From the NCBI GenBank assembly GCA_963665235.2, contig CAXXLX010000001.1, positions 64,001 to 128,000 on the forward strand: 64,000 nt of DNA. The letters run 5' to 3'. The notes beneath the pieces are model-generated. The model worked only from the letters and a program-made list of their open reading frames with translations, did no database searches and was not told where the DNA came from. Source of the DNA: Candidatus Poribacteria bacterium. GTDB lineage: Bacteria; Poribacteria; WGA-4E; WGA-3G. This document shows, piece after piece, positions 10,090 through 19,974 of the stretch. How positions within the stretch are numbered: position 1 is the first letter of the stretch; each line of letters begins with the position of its first letter. The translations under genes were made by a program, and so were the position numbers.

Positions 10090-10268
10090 ACCATTTTTAT
10101 TAATTATTCTATCATTACCGGTTGTTAGAAATGAAACGGAGAACGGAAGACACAAACTAAAAGTTTATGCTACAATAAAGAGCACAAACTGGAAGTTTAT
10201 GCTACAATAAAGAGCACAAACTGGAAGTTTATGCTACGATAAAGAGACATTTTCAATTAAAAATGGTA
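10089..10268 (-). mobile_element. MITE family B, copy 1 (three 32-bp REP-like units)
   Basis: TIR TACCATTTT...AAAATGGTA with TAA duplicated (10086-88 / 10269-71). Reverse complement of 38054-38425 apart from repeat number. Confidence 0.85.
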
Positions 10269-10278
10269 TAATATACCT

Positions 10279-10866
10279 ATGGCTTATGTATCAGCAAAGA
10301 AAGCAAGTAAACTATTGGATTATACCCCGGATCACTTACGGAGATTAGCAAATGAAGGAAAGATTGATATTATCCGCACAGGAGGCGGGCATAGACGCTA
10401 CGATGTTGACGGATACATCAAAAGCAAATCAAAATCAATTACCACTCTTTGCTATTGCCGGGTGTCCAGTAGCAAGCAAAGAGATGACCTTGAGCGACAA
10501 GTCGCATTTATGCGAAGTATCTACCCCGAAGCAGAAATCATCAGAGACATCGGCAGTAGTATCAACTTCAAAAGAAAAGGGCTTAGAACCTTATTGGACA
10601 GGGTTATGCAAGGTGATAAGCTCGAGGTTGTTATTGCCCATCGGGACAGACTCGCCCGGTTCGGTATCGACCTTATACGATACCTCATTGAACAAAACGG
10701 TGGCGAACTCGTGGTTCTTGACCAAACAGAACACAGTCCACAAGAAGAGCTCACGTCGGATCTTCTCGCCATCCTGCACGTCTTCAGTTGTAGATTGCAC
10801 GGACTCCGAAGTTACCGTGATAAAATCAAAGAAGATAAGAGTTTATCCGACAACTCATCAGCGTGA
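10279..10866 (+). CDS. tnpA: IS607-family serine transposase TnpA
   Basis: N-terminal MerR-like HTH (RTGGGHRRY), YCRVSS catalytic Ser, DLERQ, DIGS, DRLARFG, FSCRLHGLRS. Confidence 0.95.
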   Translation: MAYVSAKKASKLLDYTPDHLRRLANEGKIDIIRTGGGHRRYDVDGYIKSKSKSITTLCYCRVSSSKQRDDLERQVAFMRSIYPEAEIIRDIGSSINFKRKGLRTLLDRVMQGDKLEVVIAHRDRLARFGIDLIRYLIEQNGGELVVLDQTEHSPQEELTSDLLAILHVFSCRLHGLRSYRDKIKEDKSLSDNSSA

Positions 10867-11590
10867 GACGCTGCGGCAATGGATAGGCACAGCACGTTGG
10901 GCATACAACAAAACGGTTGCTTTGTTGAACGGAACGGACACAAAAGCGAACTGGATAGCGATTAAGACAGGTATCCTTGACGACTTACCCGATTGGGCAA
11001 AACCTGTTCCACATCAAATTAAGTCAGTTGCTATCCGTGACGCTTGCCTTGCTGTTCGCGCAGCAAAGCAGAAATACCAGAAAACAGAAGCGTTTCAAAA
11101 AGTTTCCTTTAAATCTAAACGGACACCTTCAGATAGTATCTTCATCCCGAAAAGTGCTATAAAAGCACAAGGTGTTTATTACACAAAATTAGGAAAACTT
11201 CGGCTGAGTGAGCGTCTCCCTGAAAATATCAAAGACTCGCGCCTGGTCAAAGATGGAAACCCACACTATTATTTGTGTGTCAGTTATAGTGTGACGACAC
11301 AGAAGCGAAAACCAAACGGACGTGTCGTCGCACTTGACCCCGGTGTGAGAACATTCCTCACATATTTTCATGAGCATGGGTTCGGCTGGAAACCTGGACA
11401 CCATGCAATTAATCGTATTCAAAGACTTTGTTCATATCTTGACGACCTACTCTCCCGCGCTGCAAAAGCAAAACGCCCACAACGCAGGAATATGAGACGT
11501 GCCGCTAACAGGATTAGAAAACGAAGATGTGAAATACCTAGTATTGCACAGGCTTCAGGCTACAAGCCTGCTCTTCAATGGACAGGTTAA
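10817..11590 (+). pseudogene. tnpB: IS607 TnpB, C-terminally truncated
   Basis: KIRVYPT...RWAYN, VVALDPGVRTF (RuvC-I) and bridge helix are present. The ORF then stops with no RuvC-II, zinc finger or RuvC-III. Confidence 0.8.
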
Positions 11591-11636
11591 TATCATCGGT
11601 AAGTAGGCACACACCGTGTGTCGTTATAACAGAAAT

Positions 11637-12722
11637 ATGGACGCTACATTCTATCACACCTTAACAACTACAAGCCTTGACAATGAACTGCTCTCCGATG
11701 TTCAGTGTGAAAAACTGCTAACCGATTCGGAGGTAGAATTACTGCCATTATTAAACGCTGCGTATCAGGTGAGAAAAACCTATTTCCGGAATACCGTTCA
11801 ACTGCATATCCTCAATAACGCGCAGAACGGCAATTGCCCAGAGGATTGCCACTACTGCGTCCAAGCCAAAACAGCAACGACAGATATCGAGACGTATTCT
11901 TTAAAACCGGAGTCTGAAATACTCGCTGAAGCCGAGCGGGCATATCACGCGGGCGCGTACCGCTACTGCCTCGTCATGAGCGGGCGCGGCCCCTCCCCGA
12001 AACGGGTTGCACATCTTGCCCAATTGATTCAAACAATTAAAGCGCGATACCCGATTGAGGTGTGTCTCTCTGTTGGATTGCTCAATGAAACCGCAGCACG
12101 CACTTTGAAAGCGGCGGGATTGGACAGGTTAAACCACAATCTCAATACGTCAGAATCTCACTACCCCCAAATATGTAGTACACATACCTATCAGGACAGA
12201 ATGGATACATTGCAAGCAGCACAGGCAGTTGGACTCGCCTGCTGCTCAGGGGTGATTGTGGGGATGGGTGAAAAAAACAGCGATATAATCGCGGTAGCCA
12301 AGGAGCTGCGTAGATTGGAGGTCGCCTCAATTCCGGTCAACTTTTTCCTGCCAATAGCTGGGACGCAGTTGATGAAAACACCGCCGCTTACGCCAGACTA
12401 TTGTCTCCGGGTGCTCTGTCTGTATCGATTCCTGAATCCGCGGGCGGAGATACGCGTCGCCGCTGGTAGGGAGCATTATCTGCGAAGCATGGAGGTGATG
12501 GCCCTTTACCCGGCAAATTCTATGTTTATAGAGGGATATCTGAATGCAGCAGGGGCGACAACACAGCGTACCCTTCAGATGCTCACGGACGCAGGATTTA
12601 CCATCGAAACAAACGGCGAAGACATCGCACAAATTGTTCAAGAACCGAAGAAGGGAGCGGATGTCCCTCTCAAGGAATTGAAGATGCTCCGACCGCGGAT
12701 GGAACCGAAGGCGAAGGAGTAG
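11637..12722 (+). CDS. bioB: Biotin synthase
   Basis: CPEDCHYC radical SAM motif, NHNLNTS, CSGVIVGMGE, IPVNF, EIRVAAGRE. Confidence 0.95.
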   Translation: MDATFYHTLTTTSLDNELLSDVQCEKLLTDSEVELLPLLNAAYQVRKTYFRNTVQLHILNNAQNGNCPEDCHYCVQAKTATTDIETYSLKPESEILAEAERAYHAGAYRYCLVMSGRGPSPKRVAHLAQLIQTIKARYPIEVCLSVGLLNETAARTLKAAGLDRLNHNLNTSESHYPQICSTHTYQDRMDTLQAAQAVGLACCSGVIVGMGEKNSDIIAVAKELRRLEVASIPVNFFLPIAGTQLMKTPPLTPDYCLRVLCLYRFLNPRAEIRVAAGREHYLRSMEVMALYPANSMFIEGYLNAAGATTQRTLQMLTDAGFTIETNGEDIAQIVQEPKKGADVPLKELKMLRPRMEPKAKE

Positions 12723-12783
12723 GTACACACAGACTATTGAGGGAATGGCACGTTTTCCTAATAGAATAGCAGAGATTACGCAC

Positions 12784-15700
12784 ATGACGAACAAAGAAAC
12801 CATCAAAGTTTCACTATCAGCAATGTCCACCGGCGATTTTCTTGAAAAATCAAAGGATCTTCTGGCAACTTTGGGCTACCGCAGTGAACGCACCCTATCA
12901 CTCTCTGGCGCGGCAGATGAATTTATTGAAGAGTTTCCAGCAGAGAACGTCAACACTAAGACCGAACAGGAATTCCGTGAGAACGCCGAATCTGTCCAAA
13001 TAGTGTTCCAATTCACAAGTGACGAAGTCGCCAGGGAGCAGCAGTTGACGCTTCTTGAGGCAGCATCGTTTGATAAAGGAAATACAAAAAGTTTCCTTTT
13101 CTGTGCAGTGGAATTGAAAAATAACACCTACTCCCGGACCAAATACGCTACCTTTACACGCGAAATCAATAAACGTTTAATTGCACCGACTGTGGTCCTA
13201 TTCCGCACAGCAAATCGTCTCACCGTGGGCTTTACCAACCGCCGCCCAGACAAAACTGACGACAACCGCGATGTGCTCGGACAGGTCACCCTCATCAAAG
13301 ACATCCATCTCAGCAACCCACACCGCGCGCATCTCGATATCCTCTCCGAACTTTCGCTACAAACATGTGCAGATTGGATGGATGCCAACGAAAAACCGAA
13401 AAACTTCGATGGACTGCTATCAGCCTGGCTCGCCAAACTGGATACGGAAGAACTCAACAAGCAGTTCTATCGGAAATTGTTCGCCTGGTTTGAATGGGCA
13501 ACAGCGGAGGCAACGTTCCCGACAGATGAAAAGCTCGTCTTAAAACCGGAGGAGCATGTGATACGCCTCATCACACGTCTGCTCTTTATCTGGTTTATCA
13601 AGGAAAAAGGGTTGGTGGCGGAGGAGCTGTTTAACAAAGCACAAATCCAAGCTCTACTCAAAGAGGAGAACTTTGATACCGATGACTCTTACTATCGCGC
13701 TGTGCTACAAAACCTCTTTTTCGCTACACTAAACACGAAAATAGGCAAACGTAAGTTTAGCAAGGGAGGGAATTCTAATCACCGTAATTTCTCTCGGTAT
13801 CGCTATAAATCGCAGATGCATGACCCTGATAAACTGCTATCCCTCTTTGCACAAACACCCTTTATCAACGGTGGTTTGTTTGATTGTTTGGATAGCGAGG
13901 AGGCAACCGGAGAAGGTGGCTACAGAATAGACTGTTTTTCTGATGAACAGTACCACAAACTATCTATCCCCAACCACCTCTTTTTTGACGCACAGCGAGG
14001 ACTTCTCCCCCTACTTGAACATTACAAATTCACTGTCGAGGAGAACACACCAATCGAGCAGGAGGTGGCCCTTGACCCCGAGCTGCTCGGCAAGGTGTTT
14101 GAAAACTTACTCGCCGCCTATAACCCCGAAACCGGTGCTACGGCACGAAAACAGACCGGCTCCTACTACACCCCCCGCGCTATCGTCGACTATATGGTAG
14201 AGACAGCATTGGTCGCGACGCTCTCCCAAAAATGCAACCCAACCGACGGGGATGCAAAACTGTGGAAGGAACGGCTCCACTATCTCCTCGACTATGCACA
14301 GCTGTTTGACGATGCCAACGAATGGTTTGACGATGTCGAGACAGATGCTATTGTTCGCGCAATTTCCGAACTCAAAGTCCTCGATCCCGCGGTCGGTTCC
14401 GGTGCGTTCCCAATGGGAATGCTCCACAAACTAACGCTGGCACTTCGGCGGCTTGACCCGGATAACACCCGATGGGAAAGGTTACAGAAGGAACGCGCTG
14501 TCCAACGCGCAGAAGCCGCTTTTGATACACAAGACGATAAAACACGCCGTCAAGAACTCGTTGAAATTGATGAAACTTTCAAACGTTATAGAGATTCAGA
14601 CTTCGGACGCAAGTTATACCTAATCCAAAACAGCATCTTTGGTGTGGATATTCAACCGATTGCATGTCAAATCGCTAAACTCCGCTTTTTTATCTCGCTT
14701 GCAATTGAGCAGGAACCGATGCAGGCCGCAGAGAACTTCGGCATCAAACCGCTGCCGAATTTGGAGACACGGTTTATCGCTGCAAACACGCTGATTGGTC
14801 TGAAAGGCGATCTGACACTAACAAGTGAAAAGGCACGGCGTTTGGAACGTAAACTGCTTGCTAACCGCGAACAGCATTTCCACGCTACTACCCGCAAACG
14901 CAAACGTACCTGTAAGACTAAGGACAAAAAATTGCGAACAAAATTGGCAACCGAGCTAAAACATGTCGGTATGCTTGCCGATGATGCGGAAAAAATTGCC
15001 CAATGGGATGTATACGACCAGAACGCCACCGCTGATTGGTTTGCCCCGGAATGGATGTTTGGGGAGACAGATGGGTTTGATGTAGTCATTGGCAATCCAC
15101 CGTATGTTCAATTGCAAAAAGATGGGGGGAGGCTTGCAAATCTTTATCAAGATGCAAGTTTTGAAACCTTCGCCCGCGCTGGTGATATTTACTGTTTGTT
15201 CTATGAAAAAGCGAATCAACTTCTGAAAAACAACGGACATGTCTGTTTTATTACCTCTAATAAATGGATGCGCGCTGGCTACGGTAAAAAGTTGAGGGAT
15301 TATCTTGTAACGCTTACCCAACCGATTCAACTGTTGGATATGGGACCAGATGTGTTTGATGCTACCGTTGACACAAACATCCTGCTTTTTCAAAAGATTG
15401 TATCCGATGCACCTGCTACCTTCATAGGTGTATCCCTCGAAGCGGACTTTGACAGACGGGCCGACAACATAGCTCAGTATTTGAGTAACAATGGCGCGAC
15501 TATAGAGATGCCCGCTAAAGGTGAACCGTGGGCAATACTCTCATCTGTTGAACTTGCACTCAAACGCAAAATTGAGGATGTCGGCATTCCACTTAAAGAC
15601 TGGGATATAAACATCTATCGTGGAATTATAACAGGTTGTAACGAAGCATTCATCATAAATGAAGTAGGACGTAAAGAACTTATAGCTCGGCATCCGAAGT

Positions 15701-16377
15701 CAGCAGAAATCATCAAACCACTTCTGCGTGGACGCGATATTAAACGTTACCATGCCAAGCAAGCAGGATTATATTTACTTGCAACAGGGTACAATCTGAA
15801 CATTCCAAAGAGGTATCCAGCTATCTACGAACACCTTGAGACTATAGGGGAACAGATAGAATCGGGAAAAATAAAAACAAGAGGTAAAGGACTATTCTAT
15901 AGAGATGATCAAGGTGAGAATTGGTGGAATCTCAGAGCTTGTGCTTACTACTCCGAATTTGATAAGGAAAAGATCGTTTATCCAGAGACAACTCATTCCG
16001 CAAACTTTTTCTATGACAAGGGGGAGTTTTTTTTAGATAAAACTTGCTTTATGATTAGTGGGAGCGAGCTAAAAATTTTGGTGGGATTGCTAAGTTCTAC
16101 ATTGATGACCTTTGCTTATAAACGGTACTGTAGTGGAACTGTGCTGGGCGCAAAAGGGTATCAGTATAACAAACATGCTTTAGAGAGACTCCCTGTCGCC
16201 AAGATTCCTACCTCACAACAACAATCTTTTATCACTTTAGTTAATCAAATTCTTGATGCTAAACACACCAACCCCGACTTGGGCGTTTCCAATCTTGAAA
16301 AAGAGATTGATGAACTAGTGTATGATTTGTATAATTTGACAGGAGATGAGATTGCGATTGTGGAGGGAAGTTTCTGA
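12784..16377 (+). CDS. Type IIG restriction-modification enzyme (Eco57I/TaqI_C-like N6-adenine methyltransferase)
   Basis: RLLFIWF, PFINGGLF, DPELLGKVFENLL, GSYYTP, DPAVGSGAF, GNPPY, and a C-terminal EKIVY...EIDELVYDLYNLT. Confidence 0.9.
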   Translation: MTNKETIKVSLSAMSTGDFLEKSKDLLATLGYRSERTLSLSGAADEFIEEFPAENVNTKTEQEFRENAESVQIVFQFTSDEVAREQQLTLLEAASFDKGNTKSFLFCAVELKNNTYSRTKYATFTREINKRLIAPTVVLFRTANRLTVGFTNRRPDKTDDNRDVLGQVTLIKDIHLSNPHRAHLDILSELSLQTCADWMDANEKPKNFDGLLSAWLAKLDTEELNKQFYRKLFAWFEWATAEATFPTDEKLVLKPEEHVIRLITRLLFIWFIKEKGLVAEELFNKAQIQALLKEENFDTDDSYYRAVLQNLFFATLNTKIGKRKFSKGGNSNHRNFSRYRYKSQMHDPDKLLSLFAQTPFINGGLFDCLDSEEATGEGGYRIDCFSDEQYHKLSIPNHLFFDAQRGLLPLLEHYKFTVEENTPIEQEVALDPELLGKVFENLLAAYNPETGATARKQTGSYYTPRAIVDYMVETALVATLSQKCNPTDGDAKLWKERLHYLLDYAQLFDDANEWFDDVETDAIVRAISELKVLDPAVGSGAFPMGMLHKLTLALRRLDPDNTRWERLQKERAVQRAEAAFDTQDDKTRRQELVEIDETFKRYRDSDFGRKLYLIQNSIFGVDIQPIACQIAKLRFFISLAIEQEPMQAAENFGIKPLPNLETRFIAANTLIGLKGDLTLTSEKARRLERKLLANREQHFHATTRKRKRTCKTKDKKLRTKLATELKHVGMLADDAEKIAQWDVYDQNATADWFAPEWMFGETDGFDVVIGNPPYVQLQKDGGRLANLYQDASFETFARAGDIYCLFYEKANQLLKNNGHVCFITSNKWMRAGYGKKLRDYLVTLTQPIQLLDMGPDVFDATVDTNILLFQKIVSDAPATFIGVSLEADFDRRADNIAQYLSNNGATIEMPAKGEPWAILSSVELALKRKIEDVGIPLKDWDINIYRGIITGCNEAFIINEVGRKELIARHPKSAEIIKPLLRGRDIKRYHAKQAGLYLLATGYNLNIPKRYPAIYEHLETIGEQIESGKIKTRGKGLFYRDDQGENWWNLRACAYYSEFDKEKIVYPETTHSANFFYDKGEFFLDKTCFMISGSELKILVGLLSSTLMTFAYKRYCSGTVLGAKGYQYNKHALERLPVAKIPTSQQQSFITLVNQILDAKHTNPDLGVSNLEKEIDELVYDLYNLTGDEIAIVEGSF

Positions 16378-16429
16378 ATCGCGGATTATCTCTGTGTTTT
16401 CCGGGATTCAGACAAAAAAGATGTAACAT

Positions 16430-16771
16430 AACGTGAGCTTGATAATAAATATCCGTTCGCTACAGACACTTTTCAGGCCGAAAAAAGCGGGATGAGTGGA
16501 ACAGAAACTGCTTCTATAAACATATCGTCCCTACGGGACTAAGAGGAGAGGCGGAAATCCCCTGCTTCTATAAACATATCGTCCCTACGGGACTAAGAGG
16601 CGGGTAGAAACTGCTGCTTCTATAAACATATCGTCCCTACAGGACTAAGAGGAGAGGCGGAAATCCCCTGCTTCTATAAACATATCGTCCCTGGGAGCAG
16701 GCTGGTTGACCAGTATTCGGGCAAACAACCCGCTCCTCATACGAGGGAAAAACTTTTTTCAAACTCACGTT
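16430..16771 (+). mobile_element. MITE family A, copy 2
   Basis: Same TIRs; AACAT/AATAT flanks; four CTTCTATAAACATATCGTCCCT units inside. Confidence 0.8.
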
Positions 16772-16826
16772 AATATAAGTACAAAAACTTTACACACTAG
16801 ACTGATAACTATTCCATAGACAAAAA

Positions 16827-17813
16827 ATGCGAAATTTGTTAAAATACCAACGTAGTTTTTTCAGTGTCCTTTTGTATGGACTGGTGCTCTGTAGGTGCAT
16901 GCTTTTCGTCGAGAGTGCTTTTTGTGAACAGACACCACCTGCCACTATAGCGTTTGCTTCGGATGTAAGCGGCAATTGGGAAATCTATCTGACAAATACC
17001 GCTGGACAGCAGCCTGTGAACCTTACACACAACCCTGCTGCCGATTATTACCCGATGTGGTCGCCGGATGGAACTACAATTGCTTTCTTCTCGAAACGCG
17101 ATGCGAACTACGAAATTTATGTGATGCACGCCGATGGCACGCAGCAGAGACGGTTGACACACCATCGTGCAAAAGATAAAGCCCCCGCGTGGGCACCGGA
17201 TGGCAACCGACTCGCTTTCATCTCAAATCGTAGAGGGCACTACGACCTCTATCTGCTATACTTGGAGACTGGCGTAGTCGAAAACCTGACTGCAAATGGG
17301 TTTGCGGATGAAGCACCATCCTGGTCGCCAGATGGAGAACGTTTAGTGTTCCATTCAAAACGGCACCTGAACTGGGACATCTACACAATCAATGTTAAAA
17401 CACGTGAGGAACAGCGATTGACGCATCAGCCCTTGATGGACACCTATCCTGCATGGTCGCCCGATGGGAAGCGAATTGCGTATTCCTCTATGCGGATAGG
17501 GGCAGAGCAGGCTGATTTTGACATCTATCTCATGGATGCTTTAGATGGGGGAAACAAAAACGCACTCACGGATACCCCAACAGATGATGCCGTTCCAGCG
17601 TGGTCACCAGATGGCAGCCAAATCGCTTTTCAAGCTGAACGGGATGGCAGATGGGTTATCCATCTCATAAATGCAGACGGAACCGAACGCCGTGAACTGA
17701 TTGACAACGGCGCATGGGCAGCACAACCGAAATGGCAGCACCGCGCAGCTAGCCTGCCCATAGCACCACGATTTTTGCAATATCAACAATGGGGTAAAAT
17801 CAAAACCCCATAG
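16827..17813 (+). CDS. Secreted TolB-like PD40 beta-propeller protein
   Basis: Signal-peptide-like N-terminus, repeated P.WSPDG..IAF motifs, C-terminal WGKIK. Confidence 0.9.
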   Translation: MRNLLKYQRSFFSVLLYGLVLCRCMLFVESAFCEQTPPATIAFASDVSGNWEIYLTNTAGQQPVNLTHNPAADYYPMWSPDGTTIAFFSKRDANYEIYVMHADGTQQRRLTHHRAKDKAPAWAPDGNRLAFISNRRGHYDLYLLYLETGVVENLTANGFADEAPSWSPDGERLVFHSKRHLNWDIYTINVKTREEQRLTHQPLMDTYPAWSPDGKRIAYSSMRIGAEQADFDIYLMDALDGGNKNALTDTPTDDAVPAWSPDGSQIAFQAERDGRWVIHLINADGTERRELIDNGAWAAQPKWQHRAASLPIAPRFLQYQQWGKIKTP

Positions 17814-17837
17814 GGTGCTGTCAATTTTAAAGGAGAT

Positions 17838-18494
17838 ATGTTTATGTTGAACAAGACATCTATTTTTAGTTTATTTTTTATAGCTGGTTTATTACTGCTA
17901 AACGGTATCAGTTACAGTTACGACCGTGCGATTGAGGCTGAAATGGCAGATACAATTGAGGCACCAATGGTCATCGCTGAAGATGCGGAGGCATCCGGCG
18001 GAAAATACGTCTGGATGGAAGGCCCACCAGCCACAGGCGGTGGGGACCAAGGATGGGCAGAATTTATCATCAACATCCCAGAAGCGGGCACTTACGCGTT
18101 ATGGGCGCACGTCTTTGTGTGGGATGGCAACAGCGACTCATTTTGGGTGACATGGCAACCTGCCGACCCTGACGAAAATGCACAGGAGACCAAAAATACG
18201 CAATACCGATGGAGTATTCAAACAAAAAATGCATGGCACTGGGATCGGATTAACCATTGGTTAAATGGGGGTACGTTTGACCGCGAGTGGGAGCTCCCTG
18301 CCGGTGAAACAACCTTACGTGTTGCTGTTCGAGAGGATGCGGCGAGGTTAGATGTTATTTTTATCACCGACAATCTCTCCGAAAATGTGGATGATGTCAA
18401 CCCGCGCTATCCTGGGCCCGAAGACACTATCACCCCCGTTGAACCGCAAGATAAACTCACGACAACGTGGGCTAAAATTAAAGCTCGGAAATAG
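17838..18494 (+). CDS. Secreted carbohydrate-binding-module-like beta-sandwich protein
   Basis: Signal peptide, IEAE...ASGGKYV...GTYALW...DSFWV...REDAARLD, C-terminal VEPQDKLTTTWAKIK. Confidence 0.7.
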   Translation: MFMLNKTSIFSLFFIAGLLLLNGISYSYDRAIEAEMADTIEAPMVIAEDAEASGGKYVWMEGPPATGGGDQGWAEFIINIPEAGTYALWAHVFVWDGNSDSFWVTWQPADPDENAQETKNTQYRWSIQTKNAWHWDRINHWLNGGTFDREWELPAGETTLRVAVREDAARLDVIFITDNLSENVDDVNPRYPGPEDTITPVEPQDKLTTTWAKIKARK

Positions 18495-18503
18495 TTTATT
18501 GTT

Positions 18504-18618
18504 CAGGACTTACGCATCGCGTTGATAAACCCTTATGATAGTGGGATTTAGAGGGAGACCTCGCGGGCGAGGTGACCTCGCCCCTACGAGGCTTAGTGCT
18601 AAATTTGCGTAAGTCCTG
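18504..18618. mobile_element. MITE with perfect 13-bp TIR CAGGACTTACGCA carrying a REP hairpin
   Basis: CAGGACTTACGCA...TGCGTAAGTCCTG; flanks TTGTT/TTGTC; internal GGGCGAGGTGACCTCGCCCCTAC. Confidence 0.75.
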
Positions 18619-18746
18619 TTGTCCTAAAAGGAGGACAGAGGCATCCTAGTCCTATCGGGGTGACAAGCGTATAGAGAAACACCCGGGTTGCCTCGCCCTC
18701 CACGGCAAAATTGTTGCTACATACCGAAAGAGTAGGGAGGTTTATT

Positions 18747-19421
18747 ATGAAACACAATGTAATTTTTTTCTTGGTTATATTGACAGCGAGCTTATGCACA
18801 GTCGCCGGGCTGAATGCGGATGTCGAGATTGCACTTGAAGCCGAGTTAGCGAACACACTACAAGACCCGATGGTCATTGCAGAGGATGAACTGGCATCTG
18901 ATGGAAAATACGTTTGGATGGAAGGTCCACCAGCTACAGGCGGTGGGGACAAAGGGTGGGCAGAATTCATCATCAACATCCCAAAAGCGGGCACCTATGC
19001 GTTGTGGGGACACGTCTTTGCATGGGATGGCAACAGCGACTCATTTTGGGCGACATGGCAACCTGCCGACCCTAACGAAAATGCACAGGAGACCAAAAAT
19101 ACGCAATACCGATGGAGTATTAGGACAAAAAACGCCTGGCACTGGACTCGGGTTAATCACTGGTTAAACGCGGGTACGTTTGACCGCGAGTGGAAGTTTG
19201 ATGACCCCGGGGAAACGGTTTTGCGGATAGCTGTCCGTGAAGATGCCACCAAGTTAGACGCTATTTTTGTCACCTCAAACGTAGCTGCCAATACAGAAGG
19301 GGCAGCAAACGTTCGTCTTCCAACGGATAAGGATAGAAAGCTGCAGATTGAAGGGTTAGCTGTTGATGCGAAGGGTAAAGTGGCAACCACCTGGGCACTC
19401 CTGAAACGCGCGTATCGGTAA
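18747..19421 (+). CDS. Paralogue of 17838-18494 (secreted CBM-like protein)
   Basis: Near-identical core (YVWMEGPPATGGGD.GWAEFIINIP...), GGAGG RBS, C-terminal AVDAKGKVATTWALLK. Confidence 0.75.
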   Translation: MKHNVIFFLVILTASLCTVAGLNADVEIALEAELANTLQDPMVIAEDELASDGKYVWMEGPPATGGGDKGWAEFIINIPKAGTYALWGHVFAWDGNSDSFWATWQPADPNENAQETKNTQYRWSIRTKNAWHWTRVNHWLNAGTFDREWKFDDPGETVLRIAVREDATKLDAIFVTSNVAANTEGAANVRLPTDKDRKLQIEGLAVDAKGKVATTWALLKRAYR

Positions 19422-19788
19422 GCGGTGCCGACGATTTCGGCACGTGAATCCCTATAAAACCGTGCCATACTGAATCTAGGGGGCCGTTATATATGAAACG
19501 GTTGTTGCGAAATATATAGTACTGTTGCCTGTAGTAATTGACGCACCAGTGGTCAAATCCGCGTTCAAATTGAGTAACGCGTTTCGGTGGTCCGAGGCGG
19601 GCTTGTAAGTTCTCTGTCGCTCGTTTATCGCGCGTGACAAGTGTATGCGTTAGATAACCCACCCCCGATAGAATGCCGACAAGTGCCAGTTTTCCTTTGG
19701 ATTTACTTGAGAGGCTGGCCACAGGTAACGTTAACCCCCCAATTAGGCTTATAATAAGTATGCAACAGAGCCCTTTTTTTCCGTTCAT
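19270..19788 (-). CDS. Hypothetical membrane or secreted protein
   Basis: MNGKKGLCCILIISLIGGLTLPVAS signal-like start plus a second hydrophobic segment. The 3' part overlaps the convergent gene, so the end is uncertain. Confidence 0.35.
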   Translation of the reverse strand: MNGKKGLCCILIISLIGGLTLPVASLSSKSKGKLALVGILSGVGYLTHTLVTRDKRATENLQARLGPPKRVTQFERGFDHWCVNYYRQQYYIFRNNRFIYNGPLDSVWHGFIGIHVPKSSAPLTDTRVSGVPRWLPLYPSHQQLTLQSAAFYPYPLEDERLLPLLYWQLRLR

Positions 19789-19834
19789 CTTGAGTTGAGA
19801 ATTGACCAAATTTTGGAATTTCCGTGTATTAACC

Positions 19835-19974
19835 TTGACAAAAAAAGAATTTGCGGGTATCCTATTAAGAATAAAAAGACTTGCTAACAAATACGTATGT
19901 CTGTCTATCCCCGAAAAATGGGGACTCTTTTTAAGACATGACCCTGTTAGCGATTGACTTGGAGCGTGATTAGC
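19835..19974 (+). promoter_or_regulatory. nadA promoter and structured 5' leader
   Basis: TTGACA-17-TATCCT, followed by nested stems TTGCTAACA/TGTTAGCGA, TATGTCT/AGACATG and TCCCC/GGGGA. Confidence 0.5.

Noticed and set aside
10352-10816. N-terminal extension of the 412-aa tnpB ORF
   Set aside because: It is an alternate frame overlapping tnpA; TnpB similarity begins near GTG 10817.
16510-16692. Repeat-spacer-like pattern (also 8957-9150 and 21167-21332)
   Set aside because: The intervening sequences are themselves repeated or related, so these are REP arrays rather than CRISPR.
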